A stretch of DNA of 64,000 nt from Raillietiella orientalis (Eukaryota): the NCBI GenBank assembly GCA_036172245.1, contig JAYWIR010000025.1, positions 248,001 through 312,000 on the forward strand, in the 5' to 3' direction. Made by a program: the position numbers and the translations under genes. Below the pieces are notes generated by a model. That model made no database searches. It was not told the DNA's origin and saw only the letters and a program-made list of their open reading frames with translations. Shown piece by piece: positions 1 to 11,949 of this stretch. How positions within the stretch are numbered: the stretch's first letter is position 1; each line of letters starts with the position of its first letter.

Positions 1-470
1 CGAGTCCCAAGCTGCATTCCGTCCTCTGCTGCATCCTCAGCGATGTGAAAGGCTGGAATCCTCTCAGCTTGTGGAATCGCACCATTTCCTCCAGATCCGT
101 TTTTCTCCCCTCTCCCCTCACTCGTAAGTACTTCGGGCATTTCTTGGCAAGGAAGTCTTTCGCTTTTAGCTACTTCGCAAGAAGAGCTCGCATTTGGTGG
201 CTCTTTAACCAATGTTGCTGCAAGGATGAGTGGCTTGCAATTCTCTTTTTCTGCTCCTGAAGATTCTGGGGATACATTATTGAGAAAACTTACCGAAAAT
301 GTGGGTTCCTCCTTTGCACCGATTTCCCGATTTTTCGGCCTGGGATATTGGCCGGGATCACAATTACGGCCTTCCAATGCCGTGGGATTAGGGACGATTG
401 GAAAATACCGCTGAATTCCTTCCAGAAGAAGGACGTTGTCTTTTCCTTGAATGAAGTTCATCGATCTTTT
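1..470 (-). mobile_element. RFE fragment, N-half (open frame runs off the window edge)
   Basis: Minus frame open for ~156 codons; MNFIQGKDNVLLLEGIQRYFP aligns with CRRIQGEEFILRMEPLFP (40855-41364 ORF) and DWIHGQDAASSWE (~56600). Confidence 0.45.
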
Positions 471-743
471 TCTAATGGAAAAGTAAGAAGGTGATTATGG
501 AAAAGTGAATACCAAAAGCATCGAATCGTTATGGGAATCGCAGAGGAACCGCGCACGGGAACGTACGCACGTTTGATGAATGAAAGTGACATGCACTCAG
601 TTCATCCTATCGGTATAAAAGGCTCTCCTGTCTAAGGTCAGCTTTGCACGCTCCTAGGCTTCATAAGGTTCCGCCGTCGCCCTTTGTCACTCTGTCAGGG
701 GAAAGAAATTTAATTCAGAAGTGTGGTGAAAGGTGCTGTTGGT

Positions 744-768
744 AAAAAAAAAAAAAAAAAAAAAAAAA
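744..768. repeat. poly(A) tract, 25 nt
   Basis: Direct reading. Confidence 0.95.
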
Positions 769-779
769 GGGAACTGCTC

Positions 780-1420
780 GGTAGGTTTGCTTTTTGCACC
801 TACCGAGATCGTGATCTTTTCCGAAGCATCGCTGACGCATGTCATTGAAGAAAGTTCAGTGTGACAACGATAAGCCTTGAAAAGAGAGAGGGACAAGGGA
901 GCCGTGCAGTGATTATCCGTGACCTTCACAGTTTCTCCTGCGGTGATCATGGCTGAAGGAAAAACGGAGACATCCGCCCAACAGATGAGGCCCCTATGAC
1001 TCGTACCACTTAGAGTGCTTGGGTCAAAGCGTTTCATTCGAGACAACAAACCGCTGCTCCACGTTCACGATAAGCCTCATGTCGTACATTCGGATCTAGC
1101 AGACGAATCTTCCACATCCCGCAGATGTTTTTTTGTCATGTCTTCACCAGTGCTGTTGATTTTAATGACAACTTGTGAGCTGTTTCTTTGTCTGCCAAGA
1201 TGTGTGCCGACAGAGCAAGGAGGCAGTCTTGTTTTGAAACTGGTTGTTCAACAACACATAGTTCATTTTGCCACTCTGAGCCACAACTTCTTTTCCCAGT
1301 TCAAATCCTTTCCAGATTCCCGCAGTTTCCCCTTCACTGTTCCGATTGGAACTTCGAAACAGTTATCTTTCTGTGTGCAAAGATGAGAAAGCAGAGCACC
1401 TTCTTTTTCTAGTAGTTTGA
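780..1420 (-). mobile_element. RFE fragment, C-half
   Basis: RGLICWADVSVFPS matches family motif KG[IL]LRW[AS][ED][VL]; multiple stops. Confidence 0.35.
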
Positions 1421-1940
1421 TTCATTTCTCTCAGAATGGGCATCCGGTGACCACGGCTCATTTCTTTCGTGCATCCTCGTTAAGTCTCAGCTGGACAACG
1501 CCTAGATGTACGTGAGACACGAGCGTATGAGCTCCCTTTGCATTCCGACCTCATTTCTTTTGAACTGACGTTCTTTGTTTCGGTGTAAATCAGAGGATAA
1601 TAACAAGTGGGTGATGCTGGCCATCAAGTGTTCTTTTCTCTTGGCCGGCTAGGAAGAGCGATAGGTGCAGATGTGCCTTCTTTCCTTCTAGTCCAGGGGA
1701 CGTGTCCCGAATGTATGTGTTTGTTTGCGGATTCCCTCTGTTGCCATTCTCGGGAGCCATCCACTTGCTCATCCTGTCTTTAAAGCGTTCCTTATCTGAT
1801 TCCTAAGGAGCATTACGTCGAAGAACACCTGGATTAAATCGCGCTGATGCTCCGGAAACCATTTCGTATCTTGGTCGTGCTTTGATCTTCTCCGCAATGT
1901 ATCCGGATTCACTTCACCATTTTCTCTAAGAACACAGAGG

Positions 1941-2019
1941 CTCTTCGGTTATCGGGATGCAACCCGATAACCGAAGAGTCAGGGTCCCCCAAGATCCATT
2001 CTGGTCTTACTGGATCTTG
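1941..2019. repeat. Two adjacent hairpins (16-bp and 9-bp perfect stems)
   Basis: CTCTTCGGTTATCGGG-atgcaa-CCCGATAACCGAAGAG (1941-1978); CAAGATCCA...TGGATCTTG (1990-2019). Confidence 0.9.
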
Positions 2020-3899
2020 AATTTATATGGGACATTTGGGCTTTCCCCTCGTGGAAGAGACCCCACTACCTTTAATCAGTCCATTTTTAGAGACACGCAA
2101 ACAGAGAATTTGGACTTCAAATATGCTTAGTCGATTTTCTGTGAGTTCTTTAATACTTGATGCTTCTTCTTTGTCTTCGTTCCTGAATCTCGTTATGAAG
2201 CTTACTTTTGGCAACTCTTCCTGCCTTTCTCATGTGGATCAAGAGAAATCTCTTATTAGGAGATTAGTTGCACATGCTGCTTTCCATTTCCAAGCAACAT
2301 GTCTTTAAAGTCACTGCCGCTTCTCGTTCCATGATGAGGAATACATCGTCGGACGCTGCTCGCAGAGCTGAGCATTCCAATTAAAAATGGAGATGCTAAC
2401 TGGACCGAGTGTGCACAAAACACTTCCTCACCCAAAAGCGCTTTTTTCCCAAGGAAACGAAAAAGCCGAGATCTCAGTGGCTTTTCCTAAAATGAGTTGC
2501 ATCCGCAAGAGTCCTCGTTGGCTCTCTGACTCTTATGCCACAGTGAGATGTAAGATGAGTGCACTCCTGAGCATGGAGCCTCGTTCAGCTCTTTGAAAAT
2601 TCCAAAGATCCATAAGTGATCACACATGAACATGCCCTGATGTTCACTCCAATTAAATCTCGAATTTTTCCCTCCAGAGCAGATGACATCCTCGCGGAGG
2701 ATGTCATCAGCAGCCGTGTGTGCACGCAAACGTAATTGCAATCAAAGGAAAATTCATGTGGACGCTCTTCTCTGCATCCATTTGTCAAGAGTATGGTGAC
2801 CTACTGATTCGTGGAGTTCGCATATTCAAATCCAGTCAGATTCTGTCTTTGTGTGTTTCCCTTTATGTGTGTGTGTGTGTATGTGTGCGCGCGCGCGCTT
2901 ACTCGCTGAGTTTCCCGGAGGTTCGTAAAAGGTCTTGCACGAACATAAAGCACGAGAATTTCTCGCTCATTAATCCTGGAAATTCTTTTCCATCTCATTC
3001 TCTCAGCAGTTTCTTCTTGATCTACCTTAGGATGAAGTTGAATGTTGTGTCGCTATAAGAACGCTCGAAGTTTTGAATCGTCTTTAGATGCTTGGAATTT
3101 AGATTCGCAACGCTTGAGGCTTCCCTGTTTTAGGAATTCTTTTCATTTACTTTTCAGAGAAACTTTAAGTCGCAAGGATGAGACCTGCCACTGGAGGTTG
3201 AGCGGGCAAAAAACTTCCATGTCAAGATGTCGGACAGAGCGTGCATAAAAGGTTCGCACATCAACTGCCATTCAGGAACACCTCGGAAAAGAACACCACT
3301 TCATATCAACAAGCAGCCTTTATCGAAACCAATGTGAAGAAATGGGAAAGAGCATCGGAATGCATGAATTTAAGGATTAATAAGCGGAAAAGGCTACTTG
3401 ACAGCTGGATGCAAAACCCGAAAAAAAGTTCTAGGGTACTCCGAGATTTCTCCTGATCCATACAAGAAATGGAAACTCAGCGAGATGCATGAATTTTCCC
3501 CGACGCCGATTCTCTTGTTCCTAAATAAAGCGGGTCCTCGTACTCAAGTTGCAAATCATCATGCCCTTGTCTTCGGAACTTGTCTCTTGAAAAATGATTT
3601 CTTGTAGGATTCGGATATGTCTTCGATGCTCCCATTTTAATCCTTCAATCTTAAGCGCATCCTCCTTAACGACTCACACGCATCCCACGTCATTCCGTCT
3701 CCCTATGCAAATTCGCTCCATGAGCCGCGGAAATCGACTGTAAAGCCATTTCGCTGTGGAGTTGCGAAGCCGTTCTGGCTTCCGAACGCCGACATAGCAT
3801 GTCTCCGAGCTTACGGTGTGATCTTAAGAGTGCACTCGTAGCTGCTGCGCCCTCGTACGAAAAGTCCTTTGCAGAATCATAATCAGGGAGAAATACGCA

Positions 3900-4300
3900 T
3901 ATGACAAATACCCTGAGGTAATTCGACGAGAATACGAGGCCGCCGATGTGGCGGTCCTTTCTGACGACTGATGGTGAGCATCTCTCCTCTGGCCTACGCG
4001 GGGGAAAGAACACCAAGAGCATCTCGTGAAAACAGCATGCTTTTCTGGGAAAAGCTGGAGCGGTTTTTCCCTGCTCGCGGCAATGCCGGTGCTGCAAACC
4101 AGATGTCAACGCGCGACAGGGAGCAACAGAATTTTTCGAGCTCCCCATTCATCGAATCTCAGGACTGGCACAAAGGATTGCCTCTTATGGATTTCACCAG
4201 CCAAGTCTCAGCATTTGGCAGATTCGATGTTGTGACATTGCCACAGCCTCAAAAGTCTGAAGGAAACTCGAACCCGGCAATCTGAAATTCGTATTTTCCG
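3900..4300 (+). mobile_element. RFE fragment, N-half
   Basis: SMLFWEKL..GAANQMST..QNFSS..GLPLMDF aligns with QATLWEETL..GGVHQLTH..KEFLSS and AFPLVRF in other copies. Confidence 0.4.
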
Positions 4301-4359
4301 GGTGGGCGACGCTCACAGCAGGGGAAGCCAAAATCGCCGTGGGCCCTCGCATCTGAAAT

Positions 4360-5000
4360 TCCTAAATGAGAACCAACTGCTTATTGATACATTGAATTCG
4401 ATAATCCATGAATGCATTTAGTAACGCGTTTAGATGTGACCTGGGCAGTTTGGACCAGAGACGCCCATCACACCGTAGGTTTTCTTCAAAGAACTCATCG
4501 AAGTAGGTCATAAAATTGGGTGTCAATCCTTGACTCCGGGTTTCCTTGAGCGCACGTGCACTGCACACGTGGTGTGTGACTCTGAAGATTGAAAACATGG
4601 GATGACCTTGAAGCACTTCCAAGTCAAACAGGACTTTTCGGAAACTTTTGGAGCAGAACATTCCGCCACTGACACTGCCTTCACTTTTACATCAGTCACA
4701 TCCTTGGGCCTTCCTAGGCCACGCGTATCACTTCACTATACTCATGTAGATGAGAAGAACGCTGAAAGCCAGAAGGCGGTGACTGACAGCAAAGCCCTCG
4801 CCGTGAGCGAAAGATTACATCCAAACCGCGGATGCTGCCAAAAGTTTCTCCAAGCCAGCGTGGGCAGCATCGGGACGGATTGCTGGTTGGTTGCGGGGCA
4901 AACCTGCTGCAGCCGGAAATCGGTAAATCTGAATTCTCTTACGATCCAGTTTGCAACGGAAACACGTGCACCACCGGTTCGACATCAATCCGTCATAAAA
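4360..5000 (-). mobile_element. RFE fragment, N-half
   Basis: HPMFSIFRVTHHVCSARAL aligns with LLSSFVFRVDTAATRDVMA. Confidence 0.35.
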
Positions 5001-5599
5001 CCTGCACACTTCCTCATCGGGTGTTTGGGAAGTTTGTCTTCATTGAATTTGCTTCCTGTCATTTGCTCTACTAAAATCCAACATTTCTTTCCCCTTCCGA
5101 CGTTGAACGACGTGTGAATGTTTCGAATTCGATTCTAAAAGTGCACATGCTGGAGGAGGTGTCCTGAAACCACAGAAACTCCTCCATGGTCGTGCAAAGC
5201 ATCATCTAAATGGTGTTTATTGTCGAAGAAATACTAGTAGGCTCCTGAAAAAGATACACGGCGCTGAAAATGCGGAGGAAGATACAGTTCAATGGTGCAC
5301 CGTTCTACATGATGGCAGCACTGTTTCAGAAGGCCTCATGGAAAACGGAATCCAGTTTATGAAATCATAAACTCATGTATCTCAATCATTAACACCATAA
5401 AGAGCGCTTGTTTTGACCCTTGAAGACATTAGCTTTAGAAACAAGCTCGCATACTGATGTGATTCAAGGATGCCTCGAAAGAATCTCTTGCATTTATTTG
5501 CAGTGTCTCATTGGCATCTTGTTCTGAGGACATCCTTAAGATCCTAGCCAACAACCTCTTGAGTGTTCTCTGCCTTAAGTATTCTGATTGGATTGTCAC

Positions 5600-5860
5600 C
5601 GTCTCCATGATGACAACGATGATGACTATTGTGACAATAACAAACAGTTAGGTAAATAAGATATTGCAAGAGAATCTGATTACTGAAACTCATAAACAAT
5701 GATGACGACACTGATCATGGTGAAGTAGCAGTATGAAACTGGTCAACAAAGTAACTGAAAAGTGATTCTACCAATAATATTAAACCAATTGACATTGGTA
5801 ATGGTGCTCATGGCAAGACGGATACAGGATGGTAGACAGCAGCTAGGACAACGACACTGG
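5600..5860. repeat. Decayed trinucleotide (GAT/GAC/AAT-like) low-complexity tract
   Basis: GATGACAACGATGATGACTATTGTGACAATAACA and similar runs; no ORF. Confidence 0.55.
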
Positions 5861-8800
5861 TGTCGCTGAAATTTCCCAGCTGTTACAAACTAAGGAGGAA
5901 GTTTGCTGAAGAGCAAAAAAATCCTCCGAAGTACGAAAAGCTGTACACACAGAGTTGTACGTTGCGCGTTAAAGCAGTCGGTGAAGTTGATGCTTAGACG
6001 TTTAGATGAAGGTAAAGGAAAAAATAACTCATCGAATTCGGTGAGCGCAGGAAATCATCAATAAGAGGCGGATCACCGCTCGTGCTAGATGGAAGAATTT
6101 TAGCGAATCATAGCGAGGATTCACAGCTTCATTACGAGTGTCAATTCTGAGAGGATGAGAAGCGTGCAGAGTTTCAAGGTGAATGCCGTGGAGAGCCTGC
6201 AACAGATGAATTCAGAGTAGGTCTTCGCCTGCTCACTGTGTCTCTAAAGATTCCATTCTGTAAAACTGCTGCCTTAGATTCCAGGTGGCAACAAAGAAGT
6301 TCAGTACAGAAGAGCACACAAGAAATGAAAGGTAAGGCAACTCCGAACCAAGTTTAGAAGTGATTAGAGTCTACGGTAGAAGCGGAGCCCTCTAGCAGCA
6401 GGCTCTGTTCCGCAGGAAACCAAACTCTCCTGTTCTGCCCTGGGGGATTTCATGCCGAGACAAACTCAAGCGCTCATCCCAGAACCAAAAAGGACGAACT
6501 CTGCTATACCTCTTCAGCTGAGTAATACCAGACACAGACTGGAGGTAAATCATTGGTGTTGCAGGAAAACTGGGAAGAACTATCTGAATAGTAAGGCAGA
6601 GTTCCAAAGTGCAACCCAGTGGCTCAGATCTACCTCTCCCTCTTCATCACTTTGGTGTTGATACGAAGGAATGAGACTGTCAATTGGGCGTAGAAGACGG
6701 CAGAAGGCATCTCTGAGAGAATGGTGGAAAAAGAGAAATCGTCATCAAAGAGCATAAACTAGCAACTCCTCAACAGTCCTACACTCAAGGAGGAAGCGGA
6801 ATCAGGAAGTGCAAATTAGGGACAAGCAGATTTGCTTTCCGATGTGAGCAGTATTGCCAGACTCATCGTAAATGATGCAAGCATTTAACCCTGATTAACG
6901 CGCATCAGAGAAAGAGAGAATGATTGGTTTGGGACCTTCAGGATCACATGAAGATTTCTTTTTGTATTTAATGGTAAACCTTTGAAAAGGCTGGTGGCTA
7001 CCCCATGTTGCTTAAGAAAGCAATACGAATTTTTCGAAGATCCACGACACTACTAAAAGAAAAATGCTGGAGTTAATTGTAAAATTCGGATTGCAGTGTT
7101 TCTAATTATCTTCTTTTTCCTCCAGTTTGATGAATCAGTGGATGGAGATTAAGGTCTGCGTTTTTTTTTTTTTTTTCTCAGTTTTGAAAAGAGGGGTTAA
7201 GCTTCACTGAAAATTGCTCGTGGGGTTTGCTCTTAGATATCACATGGTCTCGAAATCCCTTGTGACAGCGAAGACGTCCAGGTAGCAAGAGCACTTTACT
7301 AATTTACTAATTTCAACATCTCTAATTTCAGTACTTTGAAGTGGGTGGATGTTGCATGCAAGTGGGCACTACGGATTCCATGTGAGCAGTGGCATCTGGA
7401 GGTAATAAAGCATCAAACAGAAGTGAATCATTGAACAGGTAGATCAATCTATTCGAGAGAGTCTTCTAAAGCAGCAATATCGGGCAGACAGACAGGGCCT
7501 TCCGTCGAATGTTTGTAAATGCACAAGTCATTTCATCTGAATCAGCAAGCACATGGTTGGGAAAAGTCAGTTGCCACCCAGTTCAGGATAGGAGTGGACG
7601 AAAGCGTCAGGAACGTCCAGTTTGTTTGACAGGGTGGTTGCACCTTGTTGCTCCCTTCCCAAAGGTGGAGAAGCAAAAGACAAGGTAATGTGGATATGAT
7701 GAAAGAGGAAAGAAGCCTTTGAAGAGGGGAACAGAAGCTGGGAATGTATTGTCAGCACCGAACTGCAGTACATTACATTTTACTTTTTACGACACATGAC
7801 CTTACTATAGATGACTATCCTGGTTATGCAAGGAGGGCGAAGGAAGAATTCAGTAAGCATGCGGATGTTTTACATCGTCCTTCTTAAACAGGAAACATTC
7901 TTTGATGAGCGAGGATTAAAAAGAAGGTTTTCTATGCCCGACTCTTGGAGGATTTCGGAAGCACGTGCTTTCTGGAGCACATATGCCACCCCTGATCATG
8001 TCCTGTGTGACTCGTAGGTTTGGGCTTCAATTCCGAGAAGAGGGCTGTAGCTTGTGCTGACTTCTCTTTCATCATTTGCGAGGCGATGATTCTTTTCGGG
8101 GAATGCACGCAGTCTGGATAATGGGCGCTATGAGTTTCCCGTCCACTGGCAGAACTCGTTTTTCTTGATTCACTCGAACAAAATCGATGATTTTCCAACA
8201 TTTTATTTGATCCAAGTTTTCCGCGAGTGGAGTTCCGAGCGGTTATTTCTCTTTGCAGCTTGTAACCCGTTTAGCACTGTTTGAGTTCGCCTCCTTGATA
8301 GCAGCGCCATAATCTCTAATTGCATTATTCGTGGCATATGGAAGACGGTTCTTGCAAACAAGGAGGTGTCTGTTCCTCCCAAGCCGGCGTTCGAATACTT
8401 CTGAAGGGGGGGAAGGAAAAAAAAAAATGCATCACGAGGTCTTGCTTTTTCATTTCACTTCTTTCCGTTCCTCTGGGTCTATTCAGCAGCCTTGAATCGA
8501 ATCTTCTTTAAGGCGCGTTCACCATGAATACTCGTGAATGAAGGAAAACTTGTCAGACAAAATATGGTCGTCTTAATCTTTTTATTTTCTCTATCTTTCA
8601 TCGACGGGGATGCTGCCGACTGCACACGAAACTGAATTCAAATCCAATTCGTTTCTTGGGCTTTCTTTCCCATCATTACAGATGTACATTCTCCAAGCGT
8701 TTGAGCCTCATTGCAATGAAGAGTGCAGCAGAGTTGCTGCGGAGCTACAAAATCCAAATTCAACCACATTTTCAGCAGTTTGCCTCTTATTTTATTTTAT

Positions 8801-9199
8801 TTTTTTTTGCAATTCTGCGTCTTCCTTGCTAAGTAAATCAAACTATGGGAATTCGAGGTTTTTCTCCAACCCACCCAGCCATCCCAGCGTCATCATGTAC
8901 AGAAGGAGGATGACGGTGTAAAATTTGTGTGTATTTTTTCTTCATTTGAGAAAAAATGGATACTTTCATCTCTGTGCAAGGAGAGCATCAACTATCTCTG
9001 GTGATTCCCTTTCCCAGAAAAAAGCAAACCTCTTACTTTCTTGTTTAACCTCTTACCAATTCCTCGGGGTAGCTCCCCCGACTGTCATTCTGGGTGATCA
9101 TCACATCCGTTCCACTATGTAGGTGATTATATCTGATCTCTTTTCTAATAATGGACGCCCTCATGTTAAACACTATCATCTGACCGGACCGAATGACCG

Positions 9200-9500
9200 T
9201 ATGATGTGATGCAGAATGAAAATGAAAATCTGTGTTCCAGCAGCAAGTTCCTGAACTTCTTTGCAGCTCTTTTCTGAAGGTCATGGAGATTCCAAGGAAT
9301 GAAAACCAGAATGGGTTTGTCCATGCCTTGTTTACGCCGTGAGGGAAGAAAGCGCAAACCGTGGCAAGCGGCGCTCTCATATGGGCTGCTCTTCAGCTGA
9401 AATTTCTCAGTCTCATGTATGAAGCATTGAAGCATAGTTTCTGATCTCGTCGAATGCTCCAGAGAAGGTAAATTCTTTGTAGGAGAGGCGCTTCGTAGCA
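9200..9500 (-). mobile_element. RFE fragment, C-half
   Basis: RAPLATVCAFF..FWFSFLG aligns with WAPLATTLNTI..WEFSCTVAG. Confidence 0.3.
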
Positions 9501-10849
9501 GACCAGCGTACATTCCATTTTCCAAATGCAGTGCGCTACATAAGAAAAATGAACATGCAGGAATCCTCTAGAAGGGCTCTAATAATGGAGTCCATGTGAA
9601 AGTCCATAACTGCATTATAATTGGTAGTGAGAAAGAGACGGTTGGCAAGAAAACACTGGTAACTCCGAGGGAAGGGGGACCTTTTCTTGTTTCAGATACG
9701 AGAAGTCCTCAAAACAATTATCTTTCTTTATTCTTTTTCAGAGAAAATGAGTGTCTTTCCGTGGAAGCGCATTGAGAAAGGTCTTAGTGAGCATTAAAGG
9801 CAAGTGACTCGGCATCTGTGGTCTGTTTCATCATCTCTTCAGACTTTTCGTAAGAACCAGATATATGCGCATGTATGCTTCATGAGATACGGAAGTTTTC
9901 ACGGAAGTTTAATGAGTGAACCATCTTTGCTTCCTTCAGTTTAGCCAATGCAGAGACTCATTTTGCCTTCTCAAATTCTGGGACAAATTTGCCATATGAG
10001 GTTTAAGAATGAAGCCACTCCAAGCCTCACTCCAGCCTCACTCCCTTCATTAAGGTCACAGAATTAGATTTTTTATGAAACTTATTTTAAACAAGTCTTT
10101 TGCGTATGACCCATCACAGCAAGTGTTTTTTTCTAATGGGGCCATTTGATCTGGCCAACGAGGCAGGTTGAGAATTCCATCCACTCGTTTCCAGCTTCAT
10201 TCTGAGCCTGTGGTTTCTTCCCTAGAAAAAAAAGTCCATAGATTTTCTCCACACGCTTCAGTGTGGTTCGAAGAAGAAGGCAGCATATATATGTGCTGTG
10301 AATATGGCCAACTATGATTACGTTGTGACCATGGAAACCTCTTACTCCCTCCAAAGCTCCGCGAGCACTGGAGAGAGACTTTCTTAACAACTAGGAGCTC
10401 TCAAGTTTGGAATGTTTGCAGACATCACAAGAACACCGGAAGCGGTGTCAGCCGAGAATGCATTTAGTCAAGATTTGAGTTTGTTTTCTGAGCGCTTTGC
10501 ATTAACTGTGCCTGTACATCTTGATCTCACTGCCATTAAAGAGATAAGAATAACAAGAGGATTGCCTTTAGAAGCCCGACACACATTTCTAGAATCCGAC
10601 ACCGCTTTATCAATGCTTGAAACTCAAAGAGATAATCATTACAGACTGTCTGCTTCATCTAAACAAGCCTCCTAATAAATCTTCTCGTTAATGACACCAC
10701 TTGCTTCCTCCAATGATTATATGAGGTGATTGATAGTCCATCTGAAGGACTATTCAGCATTTGATGATTCAATGAGAAAAGCTAGCAGTGTGAGCACTGA
10801 GACAATTAGCCAGAAGCTCCGAATTTTCTCTCTTTCTTTTTTTTGAGCA

Positions 10850-11320
10850 AGGATTCAGAATGATCATGCTGTTTTTGATTTTCATGCAATCTCGGAGCAT
10901 CAGGACGTGTTCAGTCCTCTTCCTTGATATGGGTTGTTTTCTTGCTGCTTCCAACGAACGTCACTTTCGTTCAGAGCTCTCATGCATTTGGATCCGTTAT
11001 TCTAATAGCTCGGCAGCAGCCATTAGCGACGAAACAACCATCGAAATGAGTCCTTGGTGGTTTAATTGCAACTACTCAAGATAAGAAACTTAGTTCTCTG
11101 TGCTTGGAGTCCCTCATTCTCCCATTTCTGCTCTCTTGTTAACAAAACCACGCTTCGTGAGCCTAAAATGTCATAAATTCCTCGTAAATGTAGAACCTCA
11201 TGCACCACAAAATACTCTTCTCTCCCCTTAAACAGAACTTCCTGGTTGATGATGATTCTGCATTTTCCTCCACTGTTTACAGTGATTACGATATCGCCCA
11301 TCAGAAAGGTCACGATGCTG
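10850..11320 (-). mobile_element. RFE fragment, N-half
   Basis: LFKGREEYFVVHE..IYDILGSRSVVL aligns with IQGEEFILRME..VWGGILGTRRMEI. Confidence 0.4.
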
Positions 11321-11949
11321 TCATTAGGTAGGATTTCAAACAGTAATCACCAACTCAGAACCACCACCTATTGCTTTCTTCAGCTTTACCTAAGTACCTC
11401 GAAGATCTACGAACCTTCAAAACTCTTCCAAATTGTATACAAGATTGCGAGTACTACGGCAACCCTGAGGAAACTCGTGAACGCCCGCGATGCTTCTTTG
11501 CTACTCAAACTCGCTCTTGGTGCTGATGCCGCTGTCTTCTCGATTTATCGCACTTCCGTCACTTCCAGATGCGCCACGCGCAACTGAAAACTGCTGCAAT
11601 GCGTGCTAAGCAAAAGGCGATCTCTCGAGAGCACCACGAGAAAGCTGCGCACCTATCACCCTTTGCCAACGATTCCCCACATTCTGCTCGTCCAAACTGA
11701 AAAAATAATTCTTCCCTCGGGAACAAAGTAAAGCTCAGCTCTGGCTGTTTGTTTTAACCAGCTCACCTTTTAGCGTTTCATCCATCACTCTCACAGCACG
11801 TGCCAAACAAAACTTGTACCCGGTCATGCCGGGACGTTTGTTTATAAATGAATAAACCACTAGTCAGTTACAACAACAACAAAAAAAAAATTCCATTGGG
11901 AACGACCACCAACTAGCAGGTTAGCTTCTAAGGGAGTTAGGAGTGGGAG

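Noticed and set aside
1..470. Exon of a second host gene running off the left edge
   Set aside because: Its start matches the RFE IQG[KE][DE] block; no other supporting exons found
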